DNA of 42,428 nucleotides, from the NCBI GenBank assembly GCA_964528805.1, contig CAZGWS010000003.1:1-42428 (forward strand), written 5' to 3'. The DNA comes from an uncultured Lentimicrobiaceae bacterium (GTDB lineage Bacteria; Bacteroidota; Bacteroidia; Bacteroidales; F082). Below the pieces are notes generated by a model. The model was not told where the DNA came from, did not search any database, and saw only the letters and a list, made by a program, of their open reading frames with translations. The translations under genes and the position numbers were made by a program. Positions 27,363 to 35,941 of the stretch are shown here, in pieces. The first letter of the stretch is position 1; every line of letters starts with the position of its first letter.

Positions 27363-30300
27363 TTATTTTCTTTCCATCTTCCGCAGAAAGTCGATACTTT
27401 TGCGGCGTGTAGTAGTTACAAATTCGTAGTAATCAGTATCACTATCAGGGTTTAAAATACGTTTTTCCGGTTTAAGGGCATCAATTCTTTCATTAAATGC
27501 ATTATCTGATGAAAGCACTTGCATAATCCCATTTTTGAAATTTAAAAAATACCAAGTTTTTTTTGTTGGTGCTAAATATATTGAGATGCTGCTTCCTGTT
27601 CTGCCTTTTTCTATCTGTACCCAGCCATTAACATATTTGTTAACAACATCGCCGCCAATGTATCCAATTCCTATTTTACCCTTAGAGATGTATGACCTTG
27701 TGTATGTGTCCCAATATAAATTAAGATCGGTAAAAATAATTTTATGTGTTAACAGCACCGGCATTTTGCGTATCTGACCATAAAGGGCAAGTTCGGTAAT
27801 ACTTTTCTCGGCAACATCATGTGGAAGAGTTTTACGAAGAAACATGGGAAATAACCCTTCGGTTAAGTTACCACCGGTATTATTGCTTACCCTAATGCTA
27901 TCGGTAATCATACTAAGAGCCTTATCATCAAAATAAAAATCGAGTAGCATAGCTATATTGATATATGTTGAATCGTTAATAATCAGGTGCTTAAATGTAC
28001 CTGTGGACTTTACTGTAATCATGTTAAGGTTGAGTCCTAAATTAATATTTCCATCGCCATGCAATATGCATCTGCTATTATAAAGAGATACAAAATTATT
28101 CTTCATATTACCATTTGAAAATCTGTCGGCAGATCCTACTGAGAAAGCATCTTTAATAGTATCATAGATTATTTTTCCGGCTGCGCTAATAAGAAGTGTA
28201 TCGGTGGGATTAGCAAGCGGTTGCAAAATAAGTGGATAGAATTGCCGATTTTGATCAGAATAAGCAAGTCCGTAATAGGCTTTTCCGCCCTTAGTGTCGG
28301 TGGTATTATCGGTAACATCAAAAGAGATATTGGAAGGGTCAATAACCTGATTAAACGAAACCCAGCTATCGGTATTTATTACGCACTCTTCGTTAAGTTG
28401 ATACCCACCGGTAAACTTAAGATTTTTGCGAGAGCTAAGAAAACCCACATCGCCTTTAAAAAAGTATTGCGGACTTAAAAAGAAAACTTCATTTTCGGCA
28501 GTATGTCCAAAACCGGTTGTTTTACCATTATTATTTACTGATATGCTACTTAAAAATAGGGGTTGTTTCATCCCATTTTCATCGGTATAATCCACCCAAC
28601 CACTTCCAGTAAAGCGATTTTTACTCAATATATTAACATCTGCACTATAGATGCTATGATATGTGTTTACCGTATCGGCAATAATAAGAGCATTTTTAAG
28701 GGTGCTTATTTTAGCATCACGCAATATTTTTACTGATTCGTTGTTGGGGAATATTGCTGCATCTGCTACTTTGATTATCTTAACATTATTCACATCAATA
28801 GTGTAATTATCGAGGTCGTAGGTTGCATTTCCGGCAAAAAAACGTAACGAATCTTGTTCTTTATTTAATGAGATAAACTCCGATCCCACTACATTGTAAT
28901 CAATAAGTTGCAATTGACTAAGAGTATCAAGTCCTTTATAGTTATCATGTAAGTTACTGCTTAGCACCAACATATCATCATTCATAATCCATTTTACATT
29001 GTCGAGAGTTGATATAAAATTATTAAAAGGGAACTCAACAAAGGAGTTTTCGTGGATATTATTAAACCATCCCAAATGATTTTCAAAATCTATTTTAGCA
29101 AAATAATCACGAGCTTCAAATACCAGCGAATCGTTTATACTATTTTTTAAGAAGAAATCAGCAGTATCGGCGGTTAAGATACTATATTTAAAATTAATAT
29201 TATTAGAAATAATTTCCGACTGATCGAACCTAAATGAGCCATCGCCGCGCATAAACTCTGGATTTAGAAAAAGCTTGCCATAAAGCCATGAATTATCATA
29301 AACAATAAATGGAGATGATTTAGCGGTTAGGGTCATAATATTTGAGTCGATAGCCCAATCTACATTAACGGTATCGCCTTGTACTGAAGGGAAGTTATAC
29401 TTGTCAGGGCTTTTCATTACAGTAAAGTCATTGCTAACGCCTTCAAGCGAATCAGGATAAAATGTATATTCGTTGGAAGATGAATACGAGGAAAGGTATT
29501 CAAGGTTTCCGTTTCCCTTAAAGCCATTGTTACTCAGCGAGATAATTGAGCTAAACTTGCCTAACCCACCATAAATATCGTAGCCTGCATCAGGAGTTTT
29601 ATGAGTAAAACCGAGTGAATAATCAGGGTTTACAACGAGTGGTTCATCAATTGTAGGGAAAATTCCGGCAGAAGTAAGACTTCCGTCGAACGACAGTCCT
29701 TCCGTTGAAAATGTTGATATACTGTCGAATACAAAAGGATCAACGGCATAGTAGAAGTTCTCGGGGAGCAGTGTGCTGTCTTGTATCGACTTACGATTAT
29801 AATATACGTAACTAACATCATTACTAACAAATTTAGGGAATTGTGCATAATTAATTAACCCTGATTTATTGTTAGGTTCATCAATGTAAATGGTGCCTAC
29901 CATATCTTCGATAACATTTTTAACTCGAATTAGTGAATCCTTTGCTTTTTTAATGTTTTTATATTTAACTGTAAAGGCGAGTGAGTCAACATAATTCATC
30001 TTCAGCATAAAGCTATCGTAAACAAATGTGCTATTTCGTGAATAGAAATCGAGTAATCCCATATGGACATGTCCATCAAAAGTAAAGTTACGATTTTTCT
30101 TAAATGAAATTGTTTTATCGTAAGGGTAAATATACACTTGCTGCGAGTCGCTTATACTAACTTCCGGTACACCTCGCACAACAAGATCGAGTGTGTTAAG
30201 GTTGATAGTGGCATTTGCATTCGCATTTACATTTGAAGTAAGTTTGATAACATCGTAGTCTATTTTGCCTCCTTTAGCCTTTAAAAAGTACCGAAGGCGA

Positions 30301-31838
30301 TCCTTAACAATTGCTTCCTTGCTGTGCGAATCGTACACTAAGAAGCCTTTATTAGACAAATTAATTAACATGGCACTAACCTGATCAACTGGCTTTTCCA
30401 TATAATCAGCCAAACTATTAAGCCGAATTTTAGTATCGCTATAAGTATTCATATAGTTTTGGATAACATACAGAGGATTAATATCATCGATACCTTGCAG
30501 TCTGTAAAAGTCGTTTTGCGAGAAATAGTTACTTGAAACAAATCGTGCAATATTTCTATTTTTAACGTTTTGGATACGCCTAAATGTCAACAGAGGGACT
30601 CCCATTTTCCAAAACAATGCTTGAACATAAATATCAAGTTCATGGTACGAGTCGAAGAAGGGTATCATCCCCGACGAAGTTTTCTCCGAAAACAGAACAA
30701 AAAGATTATTTTTGGTTGAGTATTTTATACGCAATGACGGATGATACAATGAATCATTATCGAAATAAAAAATAAATTCAGCGTTTGACGACACAATGCC
30801 ATCATTATTGAGTCTAAATTTCTCAGATCTTACAATAGCAAACAGGCTATCACTTTTTGTAAGTTTTAATATGGCTTTTGATTTTTTGGTGCCAACACCA
30901 TACAAGTTTAGCCCTTCGAGTTCGGCACCACCGTAGAAGCTTATATCTTTGTATATATTATCAAGTTCAAAATTATCAAAATAAGCATTAAAGCGCGGAA
31001 ATGATGTTCGTTTGGTAGGAGGACTTGACGTGATACGTTCAGTAATCTGACCTATTATGGGGTTTGCAAAAAAACGTTTGTAATGTAATACAGCTGAATC
31101 GATTACATACTTAGGCAGGTTAACATCGATAGTATAATTATTAATATCGGCATAAATATCTTTGGCATTTGCATCGTTAAACCGTTGCCAGGTAAGTTTA
31201 CCTAATTTGCCATCCCATCTGTTGAGGTTATAATTAAAAATACCTGTAGTGTTATTAATAATAGAACTATCTCTTTTTGTAGCACACACCATGTTACCTT
31301 TATTAAAGACTACTAGGAAATTTGTATCAAGCACAAAGCTGAAATGCGAGTTCCGCTGATACCAAGATAGATTATTTTTGCGATGAAACCTCTGATGCTC
31401 AAGTAGATCAATTGTGAAAGCAAGAAAATCACTATAGGGTTTAGTTTTTTTCATTGCCAGCAGCTTAATAGCGTAAGCGTGCCAAGCTATAATACTTTTT
31501 GGCAATTGTTGTGATTCGGAAAGTAGTGTTAATGTATATATGTAATCATATAAATATGGATATGTGTGCATCTTCTTATGGCGCATTGCTTCTATAAGCG
31601 ATCTAACTTCAGCTTTTTCGTCTTTATTGAATCTGCCTATACTCCATCTTTGGTAGAATCTGTTTAGCGTTTCCTCTGATTTTTTTTTAAATGTTTTTGA
31701 CTCTGTATTTAGCAGTATAGCTGATATTTGGTTATAGAATTCCTCAGAATTACTTGATAATGAATCGGTTTGTTGTGGTAGTACCTTAGTTACTGTTATA
31801 AGTAAAAGAATAATTATTAATGATATGTATTTTGTCAT
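27363..31838 (-). CDS. 1491-aa protein of unknown function with N-terminal signal/anchor
   Basis: An uninterrupted 4.5-kb frame in stop-rich AT-rich DNA. N-terminal hydrophobic segment ISLIIILLLITVT. It starts 15 nt after the prmA stop. I recognise no domain motif. Confidence 0.8.
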   Translation of the reverse strand: MTKYISLIIILLLITVTKVLPQQTDSLSSNSEEFYNQISAILLNTESKTFKKKSEETLNRFYQRWSIGRFNKDEKAEVRSLIEAMRHKKMHTYPYLYDYIYTLTLLSESQQLPKSIIAWHAYAIKLLAMKKTKPYSDFLAFTIDLLEHQRFHRKNNLSWYQRNSHFSFVLDTNFLVVFNKGNMVCATKRDSSIINNTTGIFNYNLNRWDGKLGKLTWQRFNDANAKDIYADINNYTIDVNLPKYVIDSAVLHYKRFFANPIIGQITERITSSPPTKRTSFPRFNAYFDNFELDNIYKDISFYGGAELEGLNLYGVGTKKSKAILKLTKSDSLFAIVRSEKFRLNNDGIVSSNAEFIFYFDNDSLYHPSLRIKYSTKNNLFVLFSEKTSSGMIPFFDSYHELDIYVQALFWKMGVPLLTFRRIQNVKNRNIARFVSSNYFSQNDFYRLQGIDDINPLYVIQNYMNTYSDTKIRLNSLADYMEKPVDQVSAMLINLSNKGFLVYDSHSKEAIVKDRLRYFLKAKGGKIDYDVIKLTSNVNANANATINLNTLDLVVRGVPEVSISDSQQVYIYPYDKTISFKKNRNFTFDGHVHMGLLDFYSRNSTFVYDSFMLKMNYVDSLAFTVKYKNIKKAKDSLIRVKNVIEDMVGTIYIDEPNNKSGLINYAQFPKFVSNDVSYVYYNRKSIQDSTLLPENFYYAVDPFVFDSISTFSTEGLSFDGSLTSAGIFPTIDEPLVVNPDYSLGFTHKTPDAGYDIYGGLGKFSSIISLSNNGFKGNGNLEYLSSYSSSNEYTFYPDSLEGVSNDFTVMKSPDKYNFPSVQGDTVNVDWAIDSNIMTLTAKSSPFIVYDNSWLYGKLFLNPEFMRGDGSFRFDQSEIISNNINFKYSILTADTADFFLKNSINDSLVFEARDYFAKIDFENHLGWFNNIHENSFVEFPFNNFISTLDNVKWIMNDDMLVLSSNLHDNYKGLDTLSQLQLIDYNVVGSEFISLNKEQDSLRFFAGNATYDLDNYTIDVNNVKIIKVADAAIFPNNESVKILRDAKISTLKNALIIADTVNTYHSIYSADVNILSKNRFTGSGWVDYTDENGMKQPLFLSSISVNNNGKTTGFGHTAENEVFFLSPQYFFKGDVGFLSSRKNLKFTGGYQLNEECVINTDSWVSFNQVIDPSNISFDVTDNTTDTKGGKAYYGLAYSDQNRQFYPLILQPLANPTDTLLISAAGKIIYDTIKDAFSVGSADRFSNGNMKNNFVSLYNSRCILHGDGNINLGLNLNMITVKSTGTFKHLIINDSTYINIAMLLDFYFDDKALSMITDSIRVSNNTGGNLTEGLFPMFLRKTLPHDVAEKSITELALYGQIRKMPVLLTHKIIFTDLNLYWDTYTRSYISKGKIGIGYIGGDVVNKYVNGWVQIEKGRTGSSISIYLAPTKKTWYFLNFKNGIMQVLSSDNAFNERIDALKPEKRILNPDSDTDYYEFVTTTRRKSIDFLRKMERK

Positions 31839-31853
31839 TGTTACTTTAGTTAC

Positions 31854-32690
31854 TTACGACCTAATAAAAACAGCGGCAACCCAGTTATTTTTTTCGAGGT
31901 TTTTATCAAATACCAATCCATATTTCTCAGCTTCAATTATAATATCAGGCAGGTCATCGTTATAGAATCCGCTAAAGTATATATGTCCGCCTAAAGTTAA
32001 CGTATTGGAGTAGGATTTCATATCTCTAATTAGGATATTTTTATTTATATTAGCAAATATAATATCAAAATTATCAGTTTTCGACAAAGACTCTGAGCCA
32101 CCTTCGATTACAGTTATATCAGCTATATTATTAACGGCAGCATTTTCGATAGTACTCATGTACGACGAGTTATCGATATCGATTGCTGTGATTGCCCTTG
32201 CCCCTTTCATAGAAGACAGAATTGCCAGCACTCCGGTTCCGCAGCCCATATCGAGAACTTTTTTATTAGTAAAATCATTCTCTAATATAAGTTCGAGCAT
32301 CATGGCGGTGGTTTCATGATGAGCGGTACCAAAGGCCATTTTAGGTGTAATTATAATCTCATAATCCATCTTTGGTTTTCTGGGATGGAAAGCGGCACGA
32401 ATGTAACAACGGTCAGCAATAATCACCGAGGGGTAATTACTTTCCCAAATCTCGTTCCAGTTTTTATGTGGGATTAATTTTATTTCAAGATTCCCCAATT
32501 TATCTGATTTACTACAATAGTCTATACCGAGTAATTCGTCCTTAACAAAATCAGTTTCAGTAATATATGCTAATAAATTAGATGAGTTAACTTCAAAACT
32601 CTCGTACCCAATATTTGCCATTAAGGCAATTAATATTTCCGATTTCTCTTCGGTTTTGGGTGTAGGCACAATTATTTGGAAGTAGTTCAT
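31854..32690 (-). CDS. prmA: Ribosomal protein L11 methyltransferase
   Basis: FGTAHHETT and the SAM-binding DMGCGTGVLAI motifs. 278 aa. Confidence 0.9.
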   Translation of the reverse strand: MNYFQIIVPTPKTEEKSEILIALMANIGYESFEVNSSNLLAYITETDFVKDELLGIDYCSKSDKLGNLEIKLIPHKNWNEIWESNYPSVIIADRCYIRAAFHPRKPKMDYEIIITPKMAFGTAHHETTAMMLELILENDFTNKKVLDMGCGTGVLAILSSMKGARAITAIDIDNSSYMSTIENAAVNNIADITVIEGGSESLSKTDNFDIIFANINKNILIRDMKSYSNTLTLGGHIYFSGFYNDDLPDIIIEAEKYGLVFDKNLEKNNWVAAVFIRS

Positions 32691-32691
32691 T

Positions 32692-33447
32692 TTAAGATGC
32701 TGTAACTATTTTAACAAAATCGTCAGCATTAAGTGATGCACCACCTATTAATCCACCGTCAACATCCTTATTGGCAAAAAGTATTGAAGCATTTTTAGCA
32801 TTACAGCTACCACCGTAGAGTATTGTAGTTTCGTTGGCAGTTTGTGTGTCATATTTTTCAGCTATTAAACCTCTGATAAAGCTATGCATTTCTTGTGCCT
32901 GCTGTGGTGTTGCCACCATGCCGGTACCTATTGCCCAAACGGGTTCGTAGGCTACAACAACATTTAAAAATTCGTTGTTATTTAGATGAAACAATCCTTT
33001 TGAGAGCTGATTTTTAACAACTTCAAAATGATTTGTATTTTCTCTATCTGTGAGTTGCTCACCGATACAAAATATGGGTTTCATATTATTATCAAGGAGA
33101 CGATCAACTTTCTCAGCCAGAATTTCATCTTTCTCGCCAAAATATTTTCGCCTTTCGCTATGCCCTACGATACAGTATTCAATTTCCATTGCGTTAAGCA
33201 TAGATGCTGATATTTCGCCGGTATAAGCACCATTATTAAAACTACTAACATTTTGAGCTGCAATACTTAATATCGATTCATCTCCATAATCGGAAGCCAT
33301 TTCAAGGTATAACGAGGGGGGACAAATAATAACCTCGCAATTAAGTTTTTTCTTGTCGAGTTTATCAGCAATTTCTGCTATTAAATCTTCAGCTTCAGCA
33401 AAGTTTTGATTCATTTTCCAGTTACCTGCAACTATATTTTTTCTCAT
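32692..33447 (-). CDS. tpiA: Triosephosphate isomerase
   Basis: Motifs AGNWKMN, IVGHSERR, AYEPVWAIGTG and ILYGGS. Confidence 0.95.
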   Translation of the reverse strand: MRKNIVAGNWKMNQNFAEAEDLIAEIADKLDKKKLNCEVIICPPSLYLEMASDYGDESILSIAAQNVSSFNNGAYTGEISASMLNAMEIEYCIVGHSERRKYFGEKDEILAEKVDRLLDNNMKPIFCIGEQLTDRENTNHFEVVKNQLSKGLFHLNNNEFLNVVVAYEPVWAIGTGMVATPQQAQEMHSFIRGLIAEKYDTQTANETTILYGGSCNAKNASILFANKDVDGGLIGGASLNADDFVKIVTAS

Positions 33448-33458
33448 AATTATTATTT

Positions 33459-33968
33459 TTAGTGATGATGATGACCGCCGGCGCCATGAACATGACCATG
33501 TTTAAGTTCCTCTTCATTTGCTTCACGTACATCAAGTACTTTGCCTGAAAAATGCAATGCATTACCTGCTAATGGGTGGTTAAAATCCATAATAACTTTA
33601 TCACCTTTAACTTCTACCACTCTACCGTCAAGTGGGCGACCTTCTTGGTCTTGCATGGTAATCATATTACCAATTTTAAGCATCTCTTCATCAACTTTGC
33701 CATCACGCACAAATATTGATTTGTCCAGTTCGATAATTGCATCGACGGTTTGTTCACCATAGCCTTCCTCGGGGGTTAATCCAAATGAGAATGTGTTATC
33801 CGGCTCAAGTCCGTCAATATTTTTTTCAAATTTAGGTAACAGAGTTCCATTGCCAAATAAATGTACAAATGGTTTATCATCGTTAACCTGTTGAATAATC
33901 TTTCCCTTTTCATCATCAAACTTTAATGTATAGGTTAAAGTTACCACACTATTTTTTGCTACTTTCAT
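33459..33968 (-). CDS. slyD: FKBP-type peptidyl-prolyl isomerase SlyD with His-rich tail
   Basis: FKBP core with an IF-domain insertion (YGEQTVDAIIELDKSIF..., DFNHPLAG) and a C-terminal HGHVHGAGGHHHH. Confidence 0.88.
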   Translation of the reverse strand: MKVAKNSVVTLTYTLKFDDEKGKIIQQVNDDKPFVHLFGNGTLLPKFEKNIDGLEPDNTFSFGLTPEEGYGEQTVDAIIELDKSIFVRDGKVDEEMLKIGNMITMQDQEGRPLDGRVVEVKGDKVIMDFNHPLAGNALHFSGKVLDVREANEEELKHGHVHGAGGHHHH

Positions 33969-33979
33969 AAATTCGTAAA

Positions 33980-33987
33980 TATGTTTG
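33980..33987 (+). promoter_or_regulatory. Candidate -7 promoter box (TATGTTTG) for the protease/sugar-transferase pair
   Basis: Exact TAnnTTTG match in the 110-nt divergent gap between slyD and the protease gene, 91 nt upstream of the ATG at 34079. Confidence 0.25.
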
Positions 33988-34078
33988 TTAAAATTGGGCG
34001 AAAATACAAAATTGAAGTGGTTTTTAGCTATTATTGCATTAATTTATAAATTATTAACCGGCTCCCAAGCATGTTCCA

Positions 34079-35116
34079 ATGATAAGATTTTTAATAACAA
34101 AAATAAATTTCACATTGTATTACTTATTTGTATTGATACTTATCAGCTGTAAGAGTTTGAATATCAGTGATGAACACGGATTAATAGAAGATAATAAGTA
34201 CGATAGTGAATTTCCAACTATAAGTGTATCAAAGCAGTTAAGTTATATTTCGAGTACTGTTAAAAAACTTGATGTATTAGCTTTTTACTCAAACTATTAC
34301 TTTGATATTGGCAGTAAAATACAAAGGAATATGCTTAGCGATTCGTTATTAAATTCGCAATTAGTATCAAATAACATCACACACGAGTCAGTATCCGGGA
34401 CGGCATCCGTTATTTATTCAAATAATGATATAATTGGCTTATTAACTTGTGCACATGTAGTTGATTTTAAAGATACCGTATTTTCTTATTATAAATCAGG
34501 CAATCGTGGGTTACGCTCTGTATCAATTAAAATAAAGCAACAGAATCATGTAAGTGGGCTTGTGATGGGTGAACCTATTGAAGTTATTGCACTTGACAAG
34601 AAGATGGACATAGCCATATTGAAGAAAAAGTCGATTACATTTGCAGAAAAAAATAATGTTCTGAACTTCCCAATAGGGAACATTAACGATTTGCAATGGG
34701 GCAGCTTAGTTTATATTATGGGGTATGCAGCCGGCAACTTAATGGTTACAAGAGCAATTGTTAGCATTTCAAATAAAATGAAAAGTGGGATTTTTGTTAC
34801 TGATGCTCTTTACAACCATGGCATTAGTGGGGGGGCGGTTTTTGCAATGCGTGATGGGGCACAAAACTTTGAGTTTGTTGGCATGGCATCATCAGCGGCA
34901 GCACAAAAGTCGAATATCCTTATTGCCGATGATGATTACAAAGCCGGCGGAGCTCAAAATAATCAATATTTTGGAAGAATTTTTGTTGACAATAATAAGT
35001 TAATAAGTTATGGTGTTACGTATTCCGTAGGTATTAACGAAATAGTTAATTTTATTTTATTAAATAAATCTGATTTAGAGGATAATGGTTTTAACATAAA
35101 TTATTTCTTTAAGTGA
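34079..35116 (+). CDS. Trypsin-like (S1 family) serine protease lipoprotein
   Basis: Lipobox LILISCKS. Candidate triad LLTCAHVV (His), MDIAILKK (Asp) and NHGISGGAVF (Ser, GDSGG-like). No PDZ domain. Confidence 0.6.
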   Translation: MIRFLITKINFTLYYLFVLILISCKSLNISDEHGLIEDNKYDSEFPTISVSKQLSYISSTVKKLDVLAFYSNYYFDIGSKIQRNMLSDSLLNSQLVSNNITHESVSGTASVIYSNNDIIGLLTCAHVVDFKDTVFSYYKSGNRGLRSVSIKIKQQNHVSGLVMGEPIEVIALDKKMDIAILKKKSITFAEKNNVLNFPIGNINDLQWGSLVYIMGYAAGNLMVTRAIVSISNKMKSGIFVTDALYNHGISGGAVFAMRDGAQNFEFVGMASSAAAQKSNILIADDDYKAGGAQNNQYFGRIFVDNNKLISYGVTYSVGINEIVNFILLNKSDLEDNGFNINYFFK

Positions 35117-35134
35117 TGAAAATGTAGAATAACT

Positions 35135-35941
35135 ATGAGTAAAGGCATGATACCAACAGATAGCCAAGGATTTGAAAACTACCGTATTGGAATTGGAAAG
35201 AGGACATTCGATATCGTATTTTCTGCACTAGTTTTGATAATATTTTCACCCATATTATTACTAACTGCATTGGCGATTAAACTCACATCGAAAGGAAATA
35301 TTTTTTATAAATCGCTAAGGGTTGGCACCGGATACGACATTTTTGCATTTTATAAGTTCAGGACTATGTACAAAGGATCGGATTTAGAAAGAGGTCAGCT
35401 GACGGAATTAAATGAATATCTTATTTCGCAGAAGGACAATCCGAACAATTTTTCTGATATTGAACGTTGCCCTGACTGCAAAGAGGGGGAGCCATGTTCA
35501 CCAATTTTATACATTGACGGTGTTGAGATTTGTGAAAATTTATATTTACGCAAGAAAAGGTTATGGCGATTAGAAACCGCTTTTTTTAAAGTTAAGGATG
35601 ACCCCAGGATAACACCTTTAGGCACTTTTTTAAGAAGTACTCACTTAGATGAATTTCCACAGTTTATAAATGTGATAAAGGGCAACATGTCAATTGTTGG
35701 CAACAGACCATTACCACTTTACGAAGCTGAAAAGCTCACTACGGATGAGTGGTCGTACAGGTTTTTAGCACCGGCAGGTATTACCGGGTTATGGCAGGTA
35801 AACAAAGATAATAAAATGAAAGCCGAAAACAGATTAAGGCTTGACAATAAGTATGCAATGATACATAAGCCCATGAAAGATTTAAGTATCATTCTTAGAA
35901 CAATTCCTGCACTCTTCAGGATTAAACGATCAAGTTATTAG
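35135..35941 (+). CDS. Polyprenyl-phosphate phosphoglycosyl transferase (bacterial sugar transferase family) with Cys-rich insertion
   Basis: KRTFDIVFSALVLIIFSPILLLTALAIKLTS, re-entrant helix, YKFRTM, DDPRITPLGTFLRSTHLDEFPQFINVIKGNMSIVGNRP and GITGLWQV. Confidence 0.85.
   Translation: MSKGMIPTDSQGFENYRIGIGKRTFDIVFSALVLIIFSPILLLTALAIKLTSKGNIFYKSLRVGTGYDIFAFYKFRTMYKGSDLERGQLTELNEYLISQKDNPNNFSDIERCPDCKEGEPCSPILYIDGVEICENLYLRKKRLWRLETAFFKVKDDPRITPLGTFLRSTHLDEFPQFINVIKGNMSIVGNRPLPLYEAEKLTTDEWSYRFLAPAGITGLWQVNKDNKMKAENRLRLDNKYAMIHKPMKDLSIILRTIPALFRIKRSSY

Noticed and set aside
31680-31688. An A9 tract on the coding strand (T9 on +), encoding KKK at residues 51-53 of the 1491-aa ORFan, considered as a slipped-strand phase-variation switch.
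   Set aside because: Poly-A lysine runs of 8-9 nt occur in several other genes here (e.g. 23273..23280, 36423..36430), consistent with base composition. The gene also sits in a housekeeping operon, which argues against phase variation. This could only be revisited with population sequencing.
33459-33500. The C-terminal GGHHHH of the FKBP protein resembles an engineered His-tag.
   Set aside because: Natural SlyD proteins carry His-rich metal-binding tails. The preceding HGHVHGAGG is irregular, and there are no vector-like flanks.
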